From: Bacteroidales bacterium
GTDB lineage: Bacteria; Bacteroidota; Bacteroidia; Bacteroidales; P3
DNA length: 64,000 nt
NCBI GenBank assembly: GCA_017449975.1
Contig: JAFSYK010000064.1
Coordinates: 27,060 to 91,059 of the forward strand
Reading direction: 5' to 3'
Shown here: piece after piece, positions 34,995 to 42,416 of the stretch
Position numbering within the stretch: position 1 is the stretch's first letter
How the letters are laid out: every line of letters begins with the position of its first letter
Made by a program: the position numbers and the translations under genes
The notes under the pieces: generated by a model
Told to the model about the DNA's origin: nothing
The model's input: only the letters and a program-made list of their open reading frames with translations
Database searches by the model: none

Positions 34995-35357
34995 TTACTG
35001 TTTGTTGCTGTTTGACTTGATTGTTTTTATCGATGATAGAAGCAAGGCAATCATTTCTCCCGAGTCTTCATAGATGGATGAGTATTCTTTCTCTGCAATG
35101 ATTTCTGAGTTATATAATAGTTCAATCCAATATTGAGTTTCTTCGGCTTCTTTTAATGCAATGCTTAGTTTGTTGATAAAATCTGCTTCGCTCTGTGCAA
35201 AACGGCCCTCCCGAATATTGGCCCCAATACTTGTTCCGCTGCGAAGCAATTGTTTGCTAATAACGTATTCTTTCTTTTCTTCGGATAGGTATTTGTAGAA
35301 TTTCACACATCGTACTGCAAAAGCCATACTTTTGGAATACAATAGACTATCCTTCAT
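34995..35357 (-). CDS. four-helix-bundle protein (23S rRNA intervening-sequence protein family)
   Basis: LLRSGTSIGANIREG and ALKEAEETQYWIELL hallmarks. AT-rich relative to its neighbours. Confidence 0.8.
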   Translation of the reverse strand: MKDSLLYSKSMAFAVRCVKFYKYLSEEKKEYVISKQLLRSGTSIGANIREGRFAQSEADFINKLSIALKEAEETQYWIELLYNSEIIAEKEYSSIYEDSGEMIALLLSSIKTIKSNSNKQ

Positions 35358-35388
35358 TTTAGTTTTTAGTTTTTAGCTTTTACTTTTT

Positions 35389-37122
35389 TCAATTCTCAAT
35401 TCTCGATTCTAAATATTTGACGCAGTCCTCGAAGGTGGGGAAGGTGTGGTCTTCGGGAATGACGCCGGGGATGACGTTCATGGTCTTGAGCATGTACATG
35501 GGCTGCGGCTGGATGATGGTCATCAGCACGGTGATGCCGCGCGACTGGAGGTCTTTGATGGCTGTCTCCATGGCGTAGAGGCCCGACTGGTCCATGAAGC
35601 TGACGAGCTTCATACGGATGATGACCACCTTGGCGTGGTCGGGCACGTCGTTCATCACCTCTTGGAAGCGGGTGATGGATCCGAAGAAGATGGGGCCGTT
35701 GAGACGCTGCACGTAGATGTGTTTCAACATCTCTTCGGTGAGGCCGCCCTCGTCGTGCCAGGGCACGCTCTTGTCGAAATTGGCTTCGCCCGGGTGGGGA
35801 AGTCCGCGCCGCATGTTGTCGTCGGTCATCGACGATGAGCTGTATCCGCCCTCCACCAGGTCGCTGGCGCGTTTCATGAAGAGCACGCAGGCGATGACCA
35901 TGCCGATGCCCACAGCGGTCAGCAGGTCGACAAAGACGGTGACGAGGAACACCACAACCAGCACCACGGCGTCGGCACGCGGTATCTTGAACAGGTCGCG
36001 GAAGCCCTTGATGTCAATGATGCCCACGCCCACGGTGAGCAGGATGCCGGCGAGGACCGACAGCGGCACGTATTTGACGATGCTGCCCAGCCCCAGCATG
36101 ATAGCCAGCAGGAAGAGGGCATGCACCATGCCGCTGAGCTGGGTGCGGCCACCGCTTTTGACATTGACGACGGTACGCATGGTGGCGCCGGCTCCGGGGA
36201 GTCCGCAGAAGAGGCCCGCCACGGCGTTGCCGATACCTTGACCGATGAGCTCGCGGTTGCTGTTGTGCTTGGTTTTGGTGATATTGTCGGCTACCACGGA
36301 GGTGAGTAGTGTGTCGATGCTGCCGAGACCGGCAAGAGTGAGGCCGGGGATGATGGCGGCCATGATGATCTCACCCCAGTTGGTGATGCCAGCAAAGTCG
36401 ACATTGTCGTTGGCAAAGAACGGCATGGGCAGACCTGACGGTATCTCGCCGATGATGGCAAAGCTGCCCTCGGGCAGGAAGAGCGACACCACGGTCATGA
36501 CGATGAGTGCTACCAAGGTCGAGGGCACCTTCTTGGTAATCAGGGGGAAGAGATAGATGATGGCGATGGTGCCGAGTCCCAGAATCAGCGCCATGGCGTT
36601 GATGGAACTGAAGGCGGCGGGGATGCCTGCCAGCTGTTCGACCATCGAACCCTTGCCCGACTGACCCACCAGCGGGTAGAGCTGCTGCAGGATGATGATG
36701 ACGCCGATACCGCTCATGAAGCCGCTGAGGACAGGGTAGGGGATGTAGCGTACATACTTGCCTATCTTGATGATGCCGAATAGTATCTGGAATAGTCCGC
36801 AGAAGATGGCGGCGAGGGACATGGAGAGGAACACGGTGGAGAGGCTGCCGCCCGGAGCACTGATGGCGCCGGCTACCAGTGTGGCGGTGATAACCGTCAT
36901 AGGTCCCGTGGGACCGCTAATCTGGCTGTGGGTACCACCGAACAGGGCGGCAAAGAAACCGAGGAGTGTGGCACCGGTGAGACCAACGTAGGCACCGAAC
37001 GAGGCACCGCCTTCGACGGCGCCGAAAGCTTGGATGCCGAATGCCAGCGCCAACGGCAGGGCGACGATACCGGCTGTCACGCCGCCAAAGATGTCTCCTT
37101 TGAGATTTTTAGTAAGATTCAT
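35389..37122 (-). CDS. SulP family anion transporter with C-terminal STAS domain
   Basis: DIFGGVTAGIVALPLALAFG, multiple TM segments, STAS-like tail with VVIIRMKLVSFMDQSG. Confidence 0.9.
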   Translation of the reverse strand: MNLTKNLKGDIFGGVTAGIVALPLALAFGIQAFGAVEGGASFGAYVGLTGATLLGFFAALFGGTHSQISGPTGPMTVITATLVAGAISAPGGSLSTVFLSMSLAAIFCGLFQILFGIIKIGKYVRYIPYPVLSGFMSGIGVIIILQQLYPLVGQSGKGSMVEQLAGIPAAFSSINAMALILGLGTIAIIYLFPLITKKVPSTLVALIVMTVVSLFLPEGSFAIIGEIPSGLPMPFFANDNVDFAGITNWGEIIMAAIIPGLTLAGLGSIDTLLTSVVADNITKTKHNSNRELIGQGIGNAVAGLFCGLPGAGATMRTVVNVKSGGRTQLSGMVHALFLLAIMLGLGSIVKYVPLSVLAGILLTVGVGIIDIKGFRDLFKIPRADAVVLVVVFLVTVFVDLLTAVGIGMVIACVLFMKRASDLVEGGYSSSSMTDDNMRRGLPHPGEANFDKSVPWHDEGGLTEEMLKHIYVQRLNGPIFFGSITRFQEVMNDVPDHAKVVIIRMKLVSFMDQSGLYAMETAIKDLQSRGITVLMTIIQPQPMYMLKTMNVIPGVIPEDHTFPTFEDCVKYLESRIEN

Positions 37123-37133
37123 ATTGGTGATGA

Positions 37134-37233
37134 TTTGTCTAATTTGTCTAATTAGTCTAATTAGTCTAATTAGTCTAATTGGTCTTATATATGGTAAAGG
37201 TTACTTTTTAGTTTTTAGTTTTTACTTTTTAGT
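37134..37233. repeat. GTCTAATTA word array followed by TTTTTAG words
   Basis: tttgtctaatttgtctaattagtctaattagtctaattagtctaattggtcttat ... ggttactttttagtttttagtttttactttttagttt. The last word runs into the truA stop region. Confidence 0.85.
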
Positions 37234-38055
37234 TTCCCAAGGGTATTCCACCTTTGTCAGAAAGAGTCCTTGGGCGGGCATGCTGACGCCGGCGGCACAA
37301 CGGTCTTTGCGCTCAACGATTTCGCGGAGTCCGTCGATGGAGAGTTTGCCGCGTCCCACATCGAGCAGGGTGCCGGTGACGCTGCGCACCATGTTGCGCA
37401 GGAATCGGTTGCTGCGGATGGTGAAAACCCACTCGTCTCCCACCTCATCCCAATGAGCTTCGCTCAGATGGCAGATGTTGGTCTTGACCTGTGTGTGCAG
37501 CTTGGCGAAACTGGTGAAGTCGTCGTACTCCATCAGCACCTGTGCCGCCTCGTTCATGCGGTCGATGTCGGGCTTGAAGAAGATGCGGCAGTAGAGTCCC
37601 TGGCGGAACGGCAGCCGTCGGTCGGAGACGTGGTACTGGTAGGTGCGTGCCACCGCGTCGAAACGGGCGTGGGCGTTGTCAGCCACAGAAAAGATACTGT
37701 ATATGGCGATGTCGCCTGGCAGATAGGAGTTCAGTTTGAAGGTGAGCAGGTCGGTGTCGAGGATATTTGTGGATTTAGAAGTAGGCTTAGTAGTCTTTTC
37801 TTCGTCACAACTCGACTCCCCCTCTATAGCCTCATTCTGCTGGCTGTTTTTGCTTGGATAGTCGAAGTGGGCGTAGAAGTCGCTGGCGTGGACACCCGTG
37901 TCCGTGCGTCCGCATCCCACCACCGCTGTCGGCTGCCGCAGCAGCGTCGTCAGTGCCTGTTCCAGCGTCAGCTGCACGGTGGGCAAGTTGGGCTGTGTCT
38001 GCCAGCCGCAATAGTTGCCGCCGTGATAAGCCAGATGGATGAAATAGCGCGACAT
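37222..38055 (-). CDS. truA: tRNA pseudouridine(38-40) synthase
   Basis: YHGGNYCGWQ, GCGRTDTGVHA catalytic Asp motif, RFLRNMVR. Contains a 30-aa AT-rich insert. Confidence 0.9.
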   Translation of the reverse strand: MSRYFIHLAYHGGNYCGWQTQPNLPTVQLTLEQALTTLLRQPTAVVGCGRTDTGVHASDFYAHFDYPSKNSQQNEAIEGESSCDEEKTTKPTSKSTNILDTDLLTFKLNSYLPGDIAIYSIFSVADNAHARFDAVARTYQYHVSDRRLPFRQGLYCRIFFKPDIDRMNEAAQVLMEYDDFTSFAKLHTQVKTNICHLSEAHWDEVGDEWVFTIRSNRFLRNMVRSVTGTLLDVGRGKLSIDGLREIVERKDRCAAGVSMPAQGLFLTKVEYPWETKK

Positions 38056-38186
38056 CAGGAAATAGCGAATTCGAAATAAATTGCAAAAATACGCATTTTT
38101 ATACTTCTATGCGATATCAAATCAGCGTAACATCGTTCTCTCAAAGATTCTTATCCGATAATGTGTTAGTATAAAAAATAAATGTG

Positions 38187-38480
38187 TATCTTTGCGCATC
38201 GTTTCGACGAGAGAAAGTCGAACAATGCGAAGAAAAGCATTTGTATTGGTCCGCTCTTTAAAGTTCGCCAAATTTTAACCAAAGGACAACGATACTGATG
38301 CCTTTTGCTTTGGTCTATGTATTGGTATCATTCCACTACATAACGAAGCATAGGATAAGGTTCAAGTTAGTTTTACTTTGGGAAGGCGTTTGGCGATGCC
38401 TAAAGAGCGTAGAACAAACAACTGAGTTCTATGCTTTTTTTATTTAGTATAACGCCGACCACCGGGAACTCGGGTCGGCA
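38187..38480 (+). ncRNA. promoter (-7 box TATCTTTG at 38187-38194) plus structured leader, copy B
   Basis: Homologous to the reverse complement of 31861..32180. Terminal helix GAAAAGCAT/ATGCTTTTT and 3' hairpin GCCGACC/GGTCGGC both carry compensatory differences relative to copy A. Confidence 0.5.
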
Positions 38481-38510
38481 TGAAATAAATAATACCGACG
38501 AAAGAATGGT

Positions 38511-38996
38511 ATGAAAAGAATCATTGTTTCACTAATAGGTGTGGTAATGCTCTTTATATCCTGTAAGAGTGATTTAGACGGAGCAATTCATTCTGCTGTC
38601 AGAGACGGTGTAATATCTTCTGAAGAATGGAATGAAATTGTAAGAGAAGCCACATCGAATCAAATATTTATTGACGAAAATGGGATTTTTTCTACCAGTT
38701 TGTTACAGGATTATATCAGGGAATATGTGGTAAATAACATGCGTGGAGTTAATGATATTCAGTTTTCCGAGGATATTGTTTTAACACCTGCTCCAGATTC
38801 ATCAAAATCAGTTGAATGTATATTCAAGTTTTTCCTTGAGCGTAGTGGAAGTATGATTCCCTATGATGAGAGACATACTTCTGGACAGTTTAAGAGCGCT
38901 ATTACGGGCTTATTGAATTCTGTGCCCAATAATACAATCCAGTTCATTACGGGGTGTACTCTCAAATCATCTGCAATGACAAAAGGTAGCAAGTGA
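38511..38996 (+). CDS. lipoprotein ending in a truncated vWA-like MIDAS segment (possible gene remnant)
   Basis: Lipobox MLFISCKSD. FKFFLERSGSMIPYD resembles the vWA beta1-DxSxS motif, but only about 55 aa follow it. Confidence 0.45.
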   Translation: MKRIIVSLIGVVMLFISCKSDLDGAIHSAVRDGVISSEEWNEIVREATSNQIFIDENGIFSTSLLQDYIREYVVNNMRGVNDIQFSEDIVLTPAPDSSKSVECIFKFFLERSGSMIPYDERHTSGQFKSAITGLLNSVPNNTIQFITGCTLKSSAMTKGSK

Positions 38997-39096
38997 ATAC
39001 CAATCTGGAGTGGAATCGTTAACTAAAGCGCGCTAGCATTTATGCTTAGTGTAAATGAATAAAAATTTTTAATATCAACTTATAAATTAATAAAAT

Positions 39097-39279
39097 ATGA
39101 TTGGAAGAATTATTGGGATAATTGTTAGCGTTGGTCTAATAATTGCCGGCCTCAGTGGCGAATTTGTGTTAAAGGGGACTGATAGCAGTATGGCATTAGT
39201 AATATTCGGTGTTGTATTACTAATATACGATGTATATAAATTATTGAAGGAAAAGAAGAAGGAAGAAGACGGGGACTGA
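39097..39279 (+). CDS. small two-TM membrane protein (60 aa)
   Basis: Two hydrophobic helices and a KKKEEDGD tail. Confidence 0.4.
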   Translation: MIGRIIGIIVSVGLIIAGLSGEFVLKGTDSSMALVIFGVVLLIYDVYKLLKEKKKEEDGD

Positions 39280-39356
39280 TAAGACTGATAAAGATGTATT
39301 TGTGTTTAGTTTTGTGCGGTTGCAAACTATTTTAGTTTTATTTTATTTATTCAACG

Positions 39357-42300
39357 ATGATTTCACTTATTGCTAATTCGGGTATTCAATTACACACGGT
39401 CCCCCTTCATATTGACTTTGAAGAAAGAGACCAAAACCTACTATTTCATGAGTGGTTTGATGATACACTGGTTCAATTCAATCTGGAACTTGCCACTCAG
39501 TTGAAGAACAATAAAGTTGCAATAAAAAGAAGTCAGCTTGAATCTATCGACTTTGTTGATCCCGTAAGTGGAGAACTAAAAGTTGAAGAAGGTGAGGTGT
39601 TGACGATTCCTAACTTGACTGTATTGCATCAGGGAGAAGTAAGGAGCAGTGATGAATTGTTTTACATGAATGGTGGCGACCGTCATAGCAAATTGCATAG
39701 ATTTGTCAATCAATGGATTATGGTTCCTTATTTTGAGTTGGATTCAATGGGCGAACTGAAGTTGGGACCATATAACTGGTGTCGATGCAAAGTTATTCCC
39801 AAAGAGTTGACTGATACATATTTGGATGGAGTCCTTCTGCTGTCATTTGATACTCATGCAACATATGGCGAGGCTGATCCGCATTCGGAGTGTCCTGTGT
39901 TCGAGAGTGATTCAGAGATGGACAAGACATTTTCATTTTGCACTCAACCGGCAATGACGCTTGATTTTTGTTCAGGTGATAACACTTGGGTCCGTGACGC
40001 TCTAATGGAATTAGTACACAACGTGAGCGATATGGATGACATTCGTACAGATATAGCCAGAGGTGAACATAAGTACGACTTCTTAGCTACCTATATATGG
40101 CTAATGGATTATATATCAAAGCATGCAGAAGTGCCAGAGGTACGACTCATACGTGATAGAGGCGTTAGCAACATTCCTGTAGAGATGATAATTGATATTG
40201 GCAATTCAAGAACTGCAGCAATACTTTATGAGGACGATTTTTCAAAGGTCGAACCGTTATCTTTACAGAATTTTGACAATCCTGTTGACTCAGATGGTCT
40301 GCTAAATAAAGCCGATGAGTCGTTTGATATGAGAGTGGCTTTTAAGAAGGTTGACTTTGGCTATAATATGATAGGTAGCCAGCAGTTCGTTTGGCCAAGT
40401 ATGGTACGATTAGGGTCGGAGGCCCGTCAGCTAACCTATCGTACTTCTAATCTGGCAGAAGGGGATGAGATGTTCTCGACATATTCTAGCCCCAAGAGAT
40501 ACCTTTGGGATAACAAACGGCGCAAAGAAGAGTGGAGGTGTGTGTGTGACGAAAATGGGGAAAACGAACGTCCAGAAATACCGGGTATAAGTAATTTCTT
40601 TGCTGATGATGGGAAATTGGATTCTGACGAGTTGGGATACGGATTCCACTATTCCAGAAAAACACTGATGACATTGGCATTTATTGAAATATTGGCACAA
40701 ACAAATGTGCAAATTAATAGTTATGAATACCGAAGCCATCGAGGAAAACCTAGTACTGGACGATTCTTAGACAAGGTGATTCTTACTTGTCCAACTGGCA
40801 TGTCAAAAGTGGAGCAGCAAGCCTTGCATGATTGTTTGGGGGATGCGTTATATGTCCTTGGTAAATTCTATCACAACTATGATGAATCATATGATCCAAA
40901 TGAAGTAGCAATAGAGCCAAATCTGAAGCGTGATAATGAAGATGGCCAATGGATCTATGATGAGGCGACGTGTTCCCAATTTGTGTTTTTGTATGGTTTG
41001 TTAACGGAAACCTATCAAAACTGTTCAGGCGAGTTGTTCAAGATATACGGAAGCAAGCGAGATGGTAAAGATAGTATTGTAATCGGCTCATTGGATATCG
41101 GAGCCGGAACTAGCGACATTATGGTATGCCGCTATGACTATAATGGAACTACAAATCCTTCGCAAATGAAACCCATTCCGCTGTTTTGGGATAGTTTCGA
41201 CATTGCAGGCGATGATATGTTGCAAGTCCTCATCTCCAACGTATTACTTCAAGGAAAAGATGGATTGCTCGAAAAGGAACTTATAAATAGGGGAGAAGAC
41301 GAAGAAAATGTGCGGGCAAAAATGTTTGATTTCTTTGGAAAAGACCAGATAACACATAGTTTTATTGACAAAAATCTCCGCCGCGACTTCAACCTCCAAG
41401 TACTGGTCCCAATAATGTATGAGTTCTTGAAACTCCATACTGACGGTGAAGGAGCAAGAGACGTGACATATTCCAACGTATTTTGTTCATCTGTTTCAAG
41501 TACAGCCGTATTGGAAAAATTCAAAAGCGTTTTTGGATTTGATTTGAATGAAATGGTATGGCATTATGACAGGGAAATTCTATCACGTCACATTGCTGCC
41601 AGTATGGATGAGAGGCTGTTGCAAAAAGTTGCTGGCGTTATGGCGGGATATGGTTGTGATTTGGTTTTATTGTCTGGCCGTCCCACGTCACTTGATCCAA
41701 TTCGAGAGGCGTTTCTTAGTCACGCCCCAGTACGTACTCCAGACCGTCTCATATGTTTAAACAAATATGAAATTGGTGACTGGTATCCATTTATCGACAA
41801 AGCCCATCGCCGAATAAATAACTCTAAAAGTGTTGTTCCTATTGGTGCAATGATTGGATACCTTGCATCTAATGCAGGTGGGATGAATGGTTTCTCATTG
41901 GACTTAAGCGAACTGTCACGCCTGTTAAAGCCAACGACAAATTATTTTCTAAAAAATGATGCAAAAGTAAAGGTTAATCCATCGTTTATGATTCCCGACA
42001 AACGAACAGGTGAGATGGAAGTTACATCTTTCCCAGTATATATAGGAAGTAGACAATACGATCTGGGAATATATCCTGTAAGACCATTTTACGTTCTCGA
42101 TGTCGACAGAGACAGTATTGCTGATAAGATTAAAACACACGATGCGATTTTGAATGAACATCAAATACAGCGTCAGACCGAACAAAAAGTCGCGAACTTA
42201 TTACAAGGCATTCCTTTTACCGTCACATTCTCAAGAGATGATAAAGAGGATTGTGAGACTTTGGAAATAGAGTCTATAAGGAATGCATCAAAAGAAGACC

Positions 42301-42398
42301 TGTCTACTGACGATTTCTCATTAAGTATACAGAGTCTCAATGATCCGGATTGTTATTGGCTGGATTCCGGAGTTTTCGAAATAAATCGTGCAAAATAA
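39357..42398 (+). CDS. SrfB-like Hsp70/actin-fold ATPase (1013 aa)
   Basis: Phosphate-1 IIDIGNSRTAAIL, phosphate-2 GSLDIGAGTSDIMV, adenosine motif LLSGRPTSLDPIREAF. ISLIANSGIQ and SSPKRYLWD resemble my recollection of the SrfB family (PF07520), and the size matches. Confidence 0.75.
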   Translation: MISLIANSGIQLHTVPLHIDFEERDQNLLFHEWFDDTLVQFNLELATQLKNNKVAIKRSQLESIDFVDPVSGELKVEEGEVLTIPNLTVLHQGEVRSSDELFYMNGGDRHSKLHRFVNQWIMVPYFELDSMGELKLGPYNWCRCKVIPKELTDTYLDGVLLLSFDTHATYGEADPHSECPVFESDSEMDKTFSFCTQPAMTLDFCSGDNTWVRDALMELVHNVSDMDDIRTDIARGEHKYDFLATYIWLMDYISKHAEVPEVRLIRDRGVSNIPVEMIIDIGNSRTAAILYEDDFSKVEPLSLQNFDNPVDSDGLLNKADESFDMRVAFKKVDFGYNMIGSQQFVWPSMVRLGSEARQLTYRTSNLAEGDEMFSTYSSPKRYLWDNKRRKEEWRCVCDENGENERPEIPGISNFFADDGKLDSDELGYGFHYSRKTLMTLAFIEILAQTNVQINSYEYRSHRGKPSTGRFLDKVILTCPTGMSKVEQQALHDCLGDALYVLGKFYHNYDESYDPNEVAIEPNLKRDNEDGQWIYDEATCSQFVFLYGLLTETYQNCSGELFKIYGSKRDGKDSIVIGSLDIGAGTSDIMVCRYDYNGTTNPSQMKPIPLFWDSFDIAGDDMLQVLISNVLLQGKDGLLEKELINRGEDEENVRAKMFDFFGKDQITHSFIDKNLRRDFNLQVLVPIMYEFLKLHTDGEGARDVTYSNVFCSSVSSTAVLEKFKSVFGFDLNEMVWHYDREILSRHIAASMDERLLQKVAGVMAGYGCDLVLLSGRPTSLDPIREAFLSHAPVRTPDRLICLNKYEIGDWYPFIDKAHRRINNSKSVVPIGAMIGYLASNAGGMNGFSLDLSELSRLLKPTTNYFLKNDAKVKVNPSFMIPDKRTGEMEVTSFPVYIGSRQYDLGIYPVRPFYVLDVDRDSIADKIKTHDAILNEHQIQRQTEQKVANLLQGIPFTVTFSRDDKEDCETLEIESIRNASKEDLSTDDFSLSIQSLNDPDCYWLDSGVFEINRAK

Positions 42399-42416
42399 TA
42401 ATCTAAAAACCGGACA

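Noticed and set aside
37270-38079. 269-aa plus-strand ORF opposite truA
   Set aside because: TruA motifs are on the minus strand, so this is a shadow ORF.
38225-38278. 17-codon uORF (MRRKAFVLVRSLKFAKF) in leader copy B as a leader peptide
   Set aside because: Copy A has no ATG at the equivalent position, so the uORF is not conserved.
31861-38480. Leader copies as a retron msr/msd, an IscB/TnpB omega-RNA, or the inverted repeats of an invertible segment
   Set aside because: There is no reverse transcriptase, IscB/TnpB or recombinase gene anywhere in the window. The copies are too diverged for site-specific inversion, and each is preceded by its own -7 promoter box.
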